27,919 nucleotides of DNA. Source: a virus. Its lineage: Duplodnaviria > Caudoviricetes. The stretch spans positions 1 to 27,919 of the IMG/VR virus record IMGVR_UViG_3300025875_000085. One strand, given 5' to 3'. Numbering within the stretch: position 1 is the first letter of the stretch; every line of letters starts with the position of its first letter. Shown piece after piece: positions 1 to 7,626 of the stretch. Below the pieces are notes generated by a model. The model was not told where the DNA came from. It saw only the letters and a program-made list of their open reading frames with translations, and did no database searches. The position numbers and the translations under genes are program-made.

Positions 1-458
1 TCAAGGCCGCCCACCCGGAGTATTACGCCGAGCTTGTGGAGTTGAAGGAACACGGCGACGCGCTGCGCCGCTTCTTCCTGGACTACGAGCTTCACCCGGA
101 ATTCAGCCCCAAGAAGCGTGCCCCCACGTCATCCGCTCGCGACGAGATGGTGGCACTCAACCGGGCTCCCGAAGACGATATGATCGACACGTTGCTCGAA
201 GAGAGCGACAACCCGCTCCTGTGTGACGCGCTACTCGACACCGACACCCTCTCGGAGTCGGTAGACGCCACGCTGCCCTACGGCCGTGCGCTGAATTCGT
301 TCCTGTCGGAGCGCGGGTGGACGTTCTTGGGCCGGGTATGGGTGTCGGGCAAGCAGCGCCGGCTATGGACGCAGGAGCCCGAGCGATTCCAGGTCAACGG
401 CAAGGCCGATCCAGCGAAGGTGAAGCACTTCGTCGATCAGGGCGGCGACTTCATCTGA
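1..458 (+). CDS. C-terminal end of phage primase-helicase (DUF5906/NrS-1-type); 5' partial
   Basis: Frame is open from the window edge. EYYAEL...ALRRFFLDYELHPEFSPKKRAP..ARDEM resembles the C-terminus of phage primase-helicases. Confidence 0.6.
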   Translation, partial: KAAHPEYYAELVELKEHGDALRRFFLDYELHPEFSPKKRAPTSSARDEMVALNRAPEDDMIDTLLEESDNPLLCDALLDTDTLSESVDATLPYGRALNSFLSERGWTFLGRVWVSGKQRRLWTQEPERFQVNGKADPAKVKHFVDQGGDFI

Positions 459-720
459 TCCGCGGGAATTTGGCGACGACGACGCCTTCCGCCTCGATCA
501 CCGTCACGTCCTGGTAGTCGATCAACTCGAAGACGATTGGCTCGATCACGTCCAGGTCGTGCCGCACCAAGAGCCGGCCAGCGGCATAATCGAACGCGGC
601 TGACACTCGGGGCCACACGTCGATAATCGTCTCAGCGCGTGTAGGCGGTGGGGCGATCTTGACGTACTGCTCGGCGATCCACCGCCGCTCTTCCGCCAGG
701 TAGTCGTCCCACATCGTCAT
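451..720 (-). CDS. hypothetical phage protein
   Basis: 89 aa ORF, ATGA overlap with 717..1385, converges on the primase gene. Confidence 0.65.
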   Translation of the reverse strand: MTMWDDYLAEERRWIAEQYVKIAPPPTRAETIIDVWPRVSAAFDYAAGRLLVRHDLDVIEPIVFELIDYQDVTVIEAEGVVVAKFPRIR

Positions 721-1385
721 CGCCGGAAGACCTTCAGCTTCTTGTTGCCGCGCTTCACCTTGCGGGTGCTCTTGCTCGGATCGTGTTTCAGGTAGCTCTT
801 ATCGCGCAATCCGGCGGCCGCGGCAACCGGCTTCTCGAATTCGATAGGCGCCGCGGCGAACATCTTAGGGAAGAGGCCCTGGCGCTCGCCCGCGGGCTCG
901 TCGGCACGAATGAAGATCGAGCGTATTCCTTCTTTGGCAAGCAACGCCTCCAAGACCGTATGGTCGATGTGCTTGACATTGACGATCGCCATCTTGTGCT
1001 CGTAGGTACGCTCCCGCGGACGCATAAGGTCGATGTGCTCGTCGTAAATACCGATCATCGGCGTTGGCAACGCCCTACCGATCGGCCGATCGAAGTCAAT
1101 ATAGGTGGACAGCATCAGGTTGGTCATGTCGCGTTGCATGAACGTGTCCGTGAACCGCTCGTACCACTCACGCATCAAGCGTCCCGGCGACGGAAGTAAC
1201 TTCTGCGGATCATAGCCAACAAGAAATATGATCTCGTCGCGCCAAGGGAGCTTAATCGACGCCGCGAACACAGCCTCGGTAATCCACCGCCGATAAAGCG
1301 CATCGGACCGCCGCTGCATCTCGGCATAATACCGCCGAAACTCGTCGCGATAATAGATAACGCTGCTCGCATCGTCCGTATTCAT
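717..1385 (-). CDS. hypothetical phage protein, basic C-terminus
   Basis: 222 aa ORF with AGGAGG RBS and a promoter-like sequence upstream. Confidence 0.75.
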   Translation of the reverse strand: MNTDDASSVIYYRDEFRRYYAEMQRRSDALYRRWITEAVFAASIKLPWRDEIIFLVGYDPQKLLPSPGRLMREWYERFTDTFMQRDMTNLMLSTYIDFDRPIGRALPTPMIGIYDEHIDLMRPRERTYEHKMAIVNVKHIDHTVLEALLAKEGIRSIFIRADEPAGERQGLFPKMFAAAPIEFEKPVAAAAGLRDKSYLKHDPSKSTRKVKRGNKKLKVFRR

Positions 1386-1403
1386 GTGGTCCTCCTGGTG
1401 CCG

Positions 1404-1432
1404 GCTGTAGCGCTAAGCGCCACGCATGTCAA
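1404..1432 (-). promoter_or_regulatory. sigma70-type promoter with CGCTTAGC in the spacer
   Basis: Minus strand TTGACA-tgcgtggcgcttagcgc (17 nt)-TACAGC, upstream of the gene starting at 1385. Confidence 0.6.
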
Positions 1433-2127
1433 ACGGCTGGTGGCGGTGGCATCCCGTCGAGATAGCCTTCGAGTCCCTGGTCGATCCGTTGCATCTTCGC
1501 TTCCAGGTCCCGCATCTGATCGGTGAGGGCCTTAGCCTGCCGCCGCTTCTTGCTGCTCTTCGTCTCGCCTTTGCGGGTGAATTCCGCGCCACAGTCGAAG
1601 CAGTCCCACATGGTCGCCTCGCCGCCATGCACCGACATCACCGTGCGGCGGCCGATATGGCACACCGGACACTTCGGGGCGTCCTCGTCGCGCGGCATCG
1701 TCATGCGGTAGGTCTGCTTGGGCACCAGGACGCCGTGACGCGCCAGAACGGCTTCGTGCTCCGCCGTCATGCCTTCGATCGCCGTCTCGCCGCAATCCAC
1801 GCAGCGCTGTTTGGTCTGCTTACCGATCCGCTGAATCTCTACCCATGTGTGCTCATGGACCCGCGGCGGCGCATCCCACCCATCCGGGTTGAGCCAAAAG
1901 GCGCTCGGGCAGGCAGCGTACAGGCGTTGCTCCTGCCTCACCTGTGCCTCATAGATCAGCGCCATGGTCTGATCGACGGGCGGCGGCGGTTCGCTCTCAC
2001 GGCGGATCGGCTTGAAGAAGTCGCGGGTGTCGTAGCCATACCGCGCCAGCATCGCCATCTCGATCTTGTGTGCGACCACGGCCAGGGCACCAAAGCCGCC
2101 AACCGTCTCGACGATCTCCAGGATCAT
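1429..2127 (-). CDS. zinc-finger-containing hypothetical protein
   Basis: ATG at 2127 with GGAGGA RBS. Motifs HEHTW...CVDCG and CPVC...CFDC, plus a coiled-coil-like C-terminus. Confidence 0.7.
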   Translation of the reverse strand: MILEIVETVGGFGALAVVAHKIEMAMLARYGYDTRDFFKPIRRESEPPPPVDQTMALIYEAQVRQEQRLYAACPSAFWLNPDGWDAPPRVHEHTWVEIQRIGKQTKQRCVDCGETAIEGMTAEHEAVLARHGVLVPKQTYRMTMPRDEDAPKCPVCHIGRRTVMSVHGGEATMWDCFDCGAEFTRKGETKSSKKRRQAKALTDQMRDLEAKMQRIDQGLEGYLDGMPPPPAV

Positions 2128-2288
2128 CCGATGTCCTCCAAGTGGTGCGGGTGGCCGCGGCGGCACCAACCGATGTCCTCCAAGTGGTACGGGTGGCCGC
2201 GGCGGCACCAACCGATAATCTCGTCCGCGATCCGCCGGATACGCCTAAAGCCGCGAGCACCGCATACTGGACAAGGCGGGCGCTTCAC
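2124..2288 (-). CDS. small zinc-ribbon protein (54 aa) with duplicated C-terminal segment
   Basis: Hand translation MKRPPCPVCGARGFRRIRRIADEIIGWCRRGHPYHLEDIGWCRRGHPHHLEDIG; GTGA/ATGA overlaps with both neighbours. Confidence 0.6.
   Translation of the reverse strand: MKRPPCPVCGARGFRRIRRIADEIIGWCRRGHPYHLEDIGWCRRGHPHHLEDIG
2128..2211. repeat. 42-bp tandem duplication (2 copies, 1 mismatch)
   Basis: ccgatgtcctccaagtggt[g/a]cgggtggccgcggcggcaccaa at 2128 and 2170. Confidence 0.95.
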
Positions 2289-2473
2289 GGCTGCGGCTTC
2301 AACAAGAATTCAAGCACATCGGCTACGTCGCGCATATTCTCGTCGCCGCGGCCCCGGATGCGGGCCACAACCGCTTGCGCTTGCTGCTCAAGCAGGCGGT
2401 GCTTGCACTCCGCCATCCCCAAGCCAGTTTCCTCGCGCATCCGGCGCACGGCGTCGGCCGTCGTCTCAATCAC
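2285..2473 (-). CDS. small protein with EF-Ts N-terminal (UBA-like) motif
   Basis: GTG start with GGAG RBS. TTADAVRRMREETGLGMAECKHRL resembles EF-Ts ITAxxVKELRERTGAGMMDCKKAL. Confidence 0.55.
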   Translation of the reverse strand: MIETTADAVRRMREETGLGMAECKHRLLEQQAQAVVARIRGRGDENMRDVADVLEFLLKPQP

Positions 2474-2696
2474 GTTCGATCTCCGGTCGCCGCGGCATGT
2501 ACTCGGTGGGGCGGCTGTCACCCGTCAGGCGACGGATCATGCGCTCGCGGGCGATGGCAAGGCGTTCGCGGTGCCAATCGGCGAGATCGGGGTGTCCGCT
2601 GCCCGCGAACGCCGCCGCTTCGACGAATTGCTGGAATTCGGTGACGATCTTGGCCGCCGAGCGCCGGTTGTAGGTGAAGGGGTGGCCGTTGCTCAT
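2466..2696 (-). CDS. hypothetical phage protein
   Basis: ATG at 2696 overlaps the upstream stop (ATGA); fits the tight operon packing. Confidence 0.6.
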   Translation of the reverse strand: MSNGHPFTYNRRSAAKIVTEFQQFVEAAAFAGSGHPDLADWHRERLAIARERMIRRLTGDSRPTEYMPRRPEIERD

Positions 2697-2926
2697 TGCG
2701 GCACGTCCGGCGCTGGTGGCACGTCTTCTGGCCCCTCGTACACACAGCGGTAACGGCAAGGGCAATCACCGCGCTGCCGGTAGAAGCAGCGATCCCACTC
2801 CGCCGTCGTGCGCTTGCGGCTCGACCGCGGCGGCGGTGAGCGCATCGCCAACGCCAACGCTTTCGCGAAAGCAGCGATCGACAACAGCGCAAGCATCACA
2901 ACGAATGTTACCAAAGCGGCGTTCAC
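2693..2926 (-). CDS. small membrane protein with Cys-rich tail
   Basis: GTG at 2926 (GTGA overlap, GGAGG RBS); N-terminal hydrophobic helix and four Cys near the C-terminus. Confidence 0.6.
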   Translation of the reverse strand: MNAALVTFVVMLALLSIAAFAKALALAMRSPPPRSSRKRTTAEWDRCFYRQRGDCPCRYRCVYEGPEDVPPAPDVPQ

Positions 2927-3141
2927 AGGTCTTCCTCCCGGCCAGCGTAGATGGCGTGCTCGGGATAGTTGGTGTCCCGGTGGTAAATGTAGATCGGCGA
3001 CAAGGCGCGAAAGCGGATGGCCGGGGGTGTTATCCGCGGCGGCTGCACCGGGCACACCCTGATCCGGCGCACGTCGTCATGGACTTGGACGATCTCACCA
3101 TCAGCGGGACCGCCTTCCAGCTTGACGATCGAATAGCTCAT
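2923..3141 (-). CDS. hypothetical phage protein (GGPxDG motif)
   Basis: MSYSIVKLEGGPADG...; ATGA overlap with the upstream ORF. Confidence 0.6.
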   Translation of the reverse strand: MSYSIVKLEGGPADGEIVQVHDDVRRIRVCPVQPPRITPPAIRFRALSPIYIYHRDTNYPEHAIYAGREEDL

Positions 3142-3320
3142 GCGTGGACTGCCCGATGCAGCGCATTGCACGCGGCGTTGAGGGCGTTGCGGCGGCGCTT
3201 CGCGGTAGCCTTGCCTTTGCCGCGAGCATGGCCGGCGACTTGCTCGCCAGCGTCATGCAGCACCTTCTCCGCCTCGCGGAGCAATTCTTCGCATCGAACG
3301 TGTACGGACATGGAAGTCAC
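3138..3320 (-). CDS. hypothetical phage protein
   Basis: About 60 aa ORF coupled to both neighbours; true start may be the ATG at 3311. Confidence 0.55.
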   Translation of the reverse strand: MTSMSVHVRCEELLREAEKVLHDAGEQVAGHARGKGKATAKRRRNALNAACNALHRAVHA

Positions 3321-3403
3321 TTCCTCTTACTGTTGGTGTGGCACACATAGCAGATCAGGGCGGCCCACAACAGAGCCCCGATGATGGCCGCAGTCCAGAT
3401 CAT
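3317..3403 (-). CDS. 28-aa membrane peptide
   Basis: MIWTAAIIGALLWAALICYVCHTNSKRK; ATGA overlap with the upstream stop fills the gap exactly. Confidence 0.5.
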   Translation of the reverse strand: MIWTAAIIGALLWAALICYVCHTNSKRK

Positions 3404-3591
3404 TTGCGGCGGCCGTGAAATCGCAGCGTATCCGCCATACGGTCCCACCGATCAGCGGTAGCACGCAACCGACGAGCGATTACGCGAGCGGTGTCTTCGC
3501 GTGGTTTGATCTCAAAAAGAGCCATCAATCCGCCGATTACGTCGCGGTCCAGCTTCACTCGCTTGAAGAGGGTATCGAGCTTCATAATCAC
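3400..3591 (-). CDS. hypothetical phage protein, first gene of the leftward operon
   Basis: 63 aa ORF with GGGGAG RBS, downstream of a promoter-like sequence. Confidence 0.6.
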   Translation of the reverse strand: MIMKLDTLFKRVKLDRDVIGGLMALFEIKPREDTARVIARRLRATADRWDRMADTLRFHGRRK

Positions 3592-3615
3592 GCAGATTCT
3601 CCCCTGATTCGCACC

Positions 3616-3644
3616 CCCATACTGCTAAGCGTTATGCGTGTCAA
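3616..3644 (-). promoter_or_regulatory. sigma70-type promoter with CGCTTAGC in the spacer
   Basis: Minus strand TTGACA-cgcataacgcttagcag (17 nt)-TATGGG. Confidence 0.6.
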
Positions 3645-3772
3645 CGAAAAGGCCCAAAACAGGGTGTTCGCGCTCCAACCGATAAGTCTAGCGCTTATCA
3701 GTGCAAGCGTCACGCTTAGCTAAGCGTTAGTACGTATAAAACCGGCCACCGCTAAGAAGGAGGCTTAGCACG

Positions 3773-3974
3773 ACGAACCAACTTGGTTCGTTAATCGGTT
3801 AATCTTTAATCGGTTATAAATCGGTTAGTAAATCGGTTAATAAGCAAAAACAGTCACTTAGAGAGGAATAAACCGATTTAACCGATTGAGGACCATAACT
3901 CTTATGCAGGAGAGAGGAAAAAACTTTTTGTGCCCAAAAGTGAAATCGAGGGTTTGAATCGGTTAAATCGGTTA
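3773..3974. repeat. AT-rich cluster of AATCGGTT(A) repeats (iteron-like)
   Basis: Direct copies at 3793, 3808, 3819, 3831, 3957 and 3966; inverted copies at 3871 and 3879; perfect palindrome ACGAACCAA-C-TTGGTTCGT at 3773-3791. Confidence 0.9.
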
Positions 3975-4074
3975 GAGGGCCTGTCCGAGCTAAGCGTGAC
4001 GGTGTTGCCGTAGAAGTGAATTCAAGCCCTGTTTGGAGCCGGGGCTATGCCTAAATTCCGGTAAAACGGCGAGA

Positions 4075-4122
4075 CGCGGCTCACCGCCCCCGCTATGCGC
4101 GACGCTTAGTTAACAGGGACCC
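4075..4122 (-). other. candidate lambda-like cos site (cosQ/cosN-like)
   Basis: Minus strand GGGTCCC-25 nt-GGGGCGGTGAGC-CGCG, compared with lambda GGGTCCT-23 nt-GGGCGGCGACCT-CGCG. Confidence 0.45.
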
Positions 4123-4130
4123 GTTTTCTG

Positions 4131-4198
4131 CTAAGCATAACGCTGTTGTAAGGTTAACCCGATGCTAAGCTTAACGGTATGATAAGGTTAACGCATAG
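4131..4198. repeat. 17-bp-period array of NTAAgSWTAAc units (CtrA-box-like)
   Basis: Units start at 4131, 4148, 4165 and 4182. Confidence 0.8.
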
Positions 4199-4402
4199 CA
4201 TGGCATCCGATCGCCCGACGTGCCGCCGTCCAGGTGCGAGGCTGTGCCAGCATGCCGCCCTGCCCTAGCTTTGCCGCTGGGCTCTAGTCGGTGGTGCCGC
4301 CATGACACGTCCAGGGCAGGCGGAAGTTACTTCCTACCCGCCTAGCAGCCCCGCCAGCACGCAACGCACCCGCGCCTCTGTCCAGATGGCACGCATACGG
4401 TA

Positions 4403-4434
4403 AGGCCCGCCTAGCGGGGCTGCTAGACGGGCCT
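4403..4434. terminator. GC-rich hairpin, possible terminator of leftward transcription
   Basis: aggcccg-c-ctagc ... gctag-a-cgggcct; no clear U-tract. Confidence 0.35.
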
Positions 4435-4514
4435 CATAGGGCGACGATCTGGACGGGTTAGCCGTAGTGACGCGCTACTCCCGCTACCAAGGCCAGGGCC
4501 TCAACTAAGGGGAA

Positions 4515-4670
4515 TTATATAGATGACTCCCGATCATCGTGAGCCTCCTTCTTTGCGGCGCGCTTCAACCGGCGCTCGGTCTTCTTCGCTGCCAGCCCCT
4601 TGTCAGTGGGGCGGTAGCCGAGGACGCGGGTTGTTATGGCGTCCAGTGCGGCTAAAACCTTCTCCGTCAT
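4515..4670 (-). CDS. small basic ORF downstream of the IS1595 transposase (51 aa)
   Basis: MTEKVLAALDAITTRVLGYRPTDKGLAAKKTERRLKR...; ATGA-coupled to the transposase stop, and its own stop lies inside the terminal repeat. Confidence 0.55.
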   Translation of the reverse strand: MTEKVLAALDAITTRVLGYRPTDKGLAAKKTERRLKRAAKKEAHDDRESSI

Positions 4671-5543
4671 GCGATCAGTTCCTTGTAGGTGAGGCGCTGG
4701 CCGAGGCCCGCCATAAACATGCTGGCGAGCCGGTCGAGCGTGTGGTGCTTCACGTCGCCTTCGTTGAGGCGGAATGCAAACTCGCCAACGTAGCGGTGCA
4801 GGTGCTTCGGGCTGGCGTGGTGATAGACGCCGATGATCCCGCGCTTCATGACCGCGAACACGCTTTCGATGCCGTTCGTGGTGACGTTGCCGCGCACATA
4901 TTCTCCAGCGCCGTGGTTGATCGTTTCATGGCTGTAGATCAGTCCGCCAAGGCGGTTGTAGATCGCGCTTTCGTCCGTGTGGATTTCCGAACCGGCCTCA
5001 ACATTGCGATACGCGAATCCAGTAGCGCTGCGGCGAGAAACGATGGCCGGAACCTCCGCCTTGACGCGGCCCGTCGCGCCCCAAGCCGAGCCGCTTGCTC
5101 TCGTGCTTATTCTTTTCGACGCCGCCGACATAGACCTCATCAATCTCTACGATCCCGGCGAGTTGCGTAGGATCGTTGCCGCACGCCTCGCAGAGACGCT
5201 GGAGGATAAACCACGCCGTCTTTTAGGTGACGCCGATCTGTTTGGCGAGTTGGAGACTGCTGATGCCCTTCCGGGCCGTTACGAGCAGATACATCGCATA
5301 GAGCCACTTGTGCAGCGGCACCTTGGAGCGCTCGAATATCGTGCCGGTGCGGACCGTGAAGTCGGACAGGCAGGCGTTGCAACGGTAGAAGCCACCCTTG
5401 CGGGTGCCGATGCGCTTCGCCTCGTTACAGGCCGGGCAGACGGCCCCGTCAGGCCAGCGCTTCTCCTCGAAATAGACGCGCGCGCTCTCCTGATCGGGGA
5501 ACATCTGGAAAAGCTCGAAGGTGCTGATCGTGGATTTGCTCAT
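4667..5543 (-). pseudogene. IS1595-family DDE transposase, disrupted
   Basis: Zn ribbon (CPAC...CNAC), FTVRTGTIFE, KGISSLQL, VEIDEVYVGG, IHTDE and TTNGIES motifs. In-frame TAA at 5223-5225 (GVT*KTAWF) and a frameshift/deletion near 5077. Confidence 0.88.
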
Positions 5544-5544
5544 A

Positions 5545-5694
5545 TCAGGACTCCTGAGCGGCGAGATTGGCGAGCAGCTTGGCGCGCGCCTCTTCCGAGG
5601 TGTTTCCCCATCCGTAGGTGCCGACACCTTTCATGGTCGCGGTGTAAGGATGGAGAGCGTTGGGCGTCTTCTTCACGCGGATCGGGGTCTTCAT
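5545..5694 (-). CDS. IS passenger ORF, 49 aa (HicB-like G.T.EEA motif)
   Basis: MKTPIRVKKTPNALHPYTATMKGVGTYGWGNTSEEARAKLLANLAAQES; ATGA overlap with the upstream ORF. Confidence 0.5.
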   Translation of the reverse strand: MKTPIRVKKTPNALHPYTATMKGVGTYGWGNTSEEARAKLLANLAAQES

Positions 5695-5930
5695 GCCGAC
5701 GCTCCTGCACAACGCCAAAGGTGGATCATGTAAGACAGGCTGCGAACGATGTTGCTGTTGCCTGCGCTATCGAACCAATAGAACCGGCCCTTAGCGCCCA
5801 CGTCCAACAGCGCTGCTTTCAGCCCTGCTTTGCCGTAGGGGGCGAACCGAAACTCGCCGTTCGGAGCCGTCCAGTAGAGGTAGGCCCGGTGACCGAAGCG
5901 AGCCTTGCGGCGGAGTTCTTCGTGGGTCAC
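5691..5930 (-). CDS. IS passenger hypothetical protein
   Basis: 79 aa, GTGA overlap with 5927..6127. Confidence 0.6.
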   Translation of the reverse strand: MTHEELRRKARFGHRAYLYWTAPNGEFRFAPYGKAGLKAALLDVGAKGRFYWFDSAGNSNIVRSLSYMIHLWRCAGASA

Positions 5931-6127
5931 GCTTCAACCCTCTCAACCAAATCGCCGGGCTCGATCTTGCTGTCCATGTATGCCCAGCTATCGCCCCACC
6001 AATCAGCAACATACCATTGTGTGCCATCGCCGGGGACGCGACGGTCAAGCTTCACCTTGCCGCCCTGGAAGTCGATAAAAACTTGCCCTTCCTGCAACTC
6101 GCTGCGGCGATCATACCAATCAGTCAT
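5927..6127 (-). CDS. IS passenger hypothetical protein
   Basis: 66 aa, AAGGAG RBS, lies just inside the right terminal repeat. Confidence 0.65.
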   Translation of the reverse strand: MTDWYDRRSELQEGQVFIDFQGGKVKLDRRVPGDGTQWYVADWWGDSWAYMDSKIEPGDLVERVEA

Positions 6128-6220
6128 CTGGCTAACTCCTTGCCTTCGCGACCTATTCCGCTCCGGTGAGAAGATAACTACCCGGATGCGTTTAGGGAGC
6201 CAAGTATATAATTCCCTAAG

Positions 6221-6538
6221 TTATACGATCGCAATCGCGTTGCCCATGGCGCGAGCTTCACGCGCCAGACGGAAGAGCTTGGCCGCCATACTGCGGCGTG
6301 CCAGGGCGTCGGCCTCTTCCCGCTGTCCCGCCACATAGGCGCGCATCTTGCGGGTAGCGCCACCCTTCGGACCATGGAACGCGACAACGTGGCCTGTTGC
6401 GGGATTGTGGCGGTAGAACCGCGACATCATCCCGTCCAGGTTGATCCAATTACCCGGCTGAAGCTTGAGCGTGCCAGCGTCCAGGGCCTCGCGTGTCGCG
6501 GCGTCCCAAAGGTTCGGCGCTTTCTGAAACTGTGCCAT
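6221..6538 (-). CDS. hypothetical early phage protein
   Basis: ATG at 6538 with AGGAG RBS. Confidence 0.7.
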   Translation of the reverse strand: MAQFQKAPNLWDAATREALDAGTLKLQPGNWINLDGMMSRFYRHNPATGHVVAFHGPKGGATRKMRAYVAGQREEADALARRSMAAKLFRLAREARAMGNAIAIV

Positions 6539-6594
6539 GCGAATCACTCCTGTTGCTATGCGCCACACTTAGCGGCGAATTCGTTAAACGGAAG

Positions 6595-6774
6595 TTACTT
6601 CCGGCGGAACATGGTCGCCAGTGCTTCCGACTCACGGTCGGCGGTGGCGGCCTCTTCTGGCCGTCCAGCGCGACGGAGCCGGCGGGCCTCCTGATCGGAG
6701 CTTAGCGCCAGGTCCGCAAGCTCCGCCGGCTTCAGGCGTGCCAGGGCGGCAGGGTCCAGGGTGCTAACCGGCAC
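6595..6774 (-). CDS. hypothetical protein (59 aa)
   Basis: Hand translation MPVSTLDPAALARLKPAELADLAL...TMFRRK; the stop TAA lies inside a GGAAGTAACTTCC palindrome. Confidence 0.5.
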   Translation of the reverse strand: MPVSTLDPAALARLKPAELADLALSSDQEARRLRRAGRPEEAATADRESEALATMFRRK

Positions 6775-7111
6775 GGCCGAGTCGCCTCACTTCCGCATTG
6801 AACGCCTTGCGGTGCTGTGCCGTCATGCGGCGATACGGGACAAGCTCAAACGCCAAGTCGCCTTCGCCGTGCGACTTCCCGTAAATGCCCTGAAGCTCCC
6901 GCAACAGGTCCGCATATTCTTCCGGCTTGGCGGCGCGGGTTTCCGTGTACCATCCGAAAGACGCGCCGCCGTGCTGTCCTACGTGCGCGTAGACAGTCAG
7001 AAGCCGGCCGGCGGTATCTTGCGGCAAGGTCGGGAATACGGCGGTAACGCCATCATTCGCAAAGGCCGCTTTGCCGCGAGGGCGGCGGAAGATGACGGGC
7101 AGTTTTTCCAT
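6764..7111 (-). CDS. conserved-looking phage hypothetical protein
   Basis: PVIFR...VTAVFP...YAHVGQHG...A.PEEYADLLREL pattern; AGGAG RBS. Confidence 0.75.
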   Translation of the reverse strand: MEKLPVIFRRPRGKAAFANDGVTAVFPTLPQDTAGRLLTVYAHVGQHGGASFGWYTETRAAKPEEYADLLRELQGIYGKSHGEGDLAFELVPYRRMTAQHRKAFNAEVRRLGRAG

Positions 7112-7121
7112 AGCGAAACTC

Positions 7122-7244
7122 CTAGCCTATGATGTCGCACGAAACGCGGAAGGCGGCGCGGGCGGCCTTGCGGGCGGCCTGATAGCTGGCGGCCTCGACT
7201 GTGCCAGCCGACTCGCCGTTGATGTAGACTTGAAAGGTACGCAT
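7122..7244 (-). CDS. 40-aa hypothetical protein
   Basis: MRTFQVYINGESAGTVEAASYQAARKAARAAFRVSCDIIG; GGAG RBS. Confidence 0.55.
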   Translation of the reverse strand: MRTFQVYINGESAGTVEAASYQAARKAARAAFRVSCDIIG

Positions 7245-7297
7245 CCGAGTCGCTCCGTGTTGATGGCCCTTGATACCGTCCAGGCGTTAACAGGAAG

Positions 7298-7456
7298 TTA
7301 CTTCCGCGGAAGCCGGCTCCGCACGTCAACCGCCCGCGCCCACTGTGCCAGGGCGCGAGCTTCCGCCGTCGCGTCTAGTCGTTCCTGTAGCGTCACGCGC
7401 GGCGCATAGGGCGAACGCCTGTCGTCCAGGAAGCTCGCGAGCGGGCGGAGCGTCAC
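7298..7456 (-). CDS. 52-aa hypothetical protein
   Basis: GTGA overlap with the upstream peptide; the stop TAA lies inside the 13-bp palindrome. Confidence 0.4.
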   Translation of the reverse strand: MTLRPLASFLDDRRSPYAPRVTLQERLDATAEARALAQWARAVDVRSRLPRK

Positions 7457-7602
7457 AAAGCACCCATGGCGTGATGGGCAACGCTGAAAACGCCCACAAC
7501 GTAGGCGTAGACCGCATGGCCGGCATACAGCACAGCGAGGGCGACGGCGGCCTTGACGGCGTAACCTGAAGCGACTCGGGCGATGATTGAAACCATATCC
7601 AT
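7453..7602 (-). CDS. 49-aa hydrophobic membrane peptide
   Basis: MDMVSIIARVASGYAVKAAVALAVLYAGHAVYAYVVGVFSVAHHAMGAL. Confidence 0.45.
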   Translation of the reverse strand: MDMVSIIARVASGYAVKAAVALAVLYAGHAVYAYVVGVFSVAHHAMGAL

Positions 7603-7626
7603 GCCCGAGTCTCTACGCTTCAAATC

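Larger units (their letters stand above)
4510..6216 (-). mobile_element. IS1595-family element with passenger genes, degenerate
   Basis: 22-bp terminal inverted repeats (4510-4531 gggaattatatagatgactccc; 6195-6216 reverse complement gggaattatatacttggctccc; 3 mismatches) enclose an IS1595-type transposase. Confidence 0.85.

Noticed and set aside
2128-2211. N-terminal VPPRPPVP extension of the 1429 ORF matching the start of the cupin gene
   Set aside because: The RBS supports a start at 2127 and the repeat reads better in the zinc-ribbon frame. The DNA sequences differ, so the match is probably coincidental.
1426-3384. Long plus-strand ORFs (415, 227 and 236 aa)
   Set aside because: Arg/Pro/Ser-rich shadows of a tightly coupled minus-strand operon.
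4501-6225. Target-site duplication flanking the IS
   Set aside because: The left flank (tcaactaag) and right flank (taagttata) do not form a convincing 8-bp direct repeat.
4977-6338. 453-aa plus-strand ORF
   Set aside because: Antisense shadow of the IS1595 transposase and passenger genes, which carry the recognisable motifs and RBSs.
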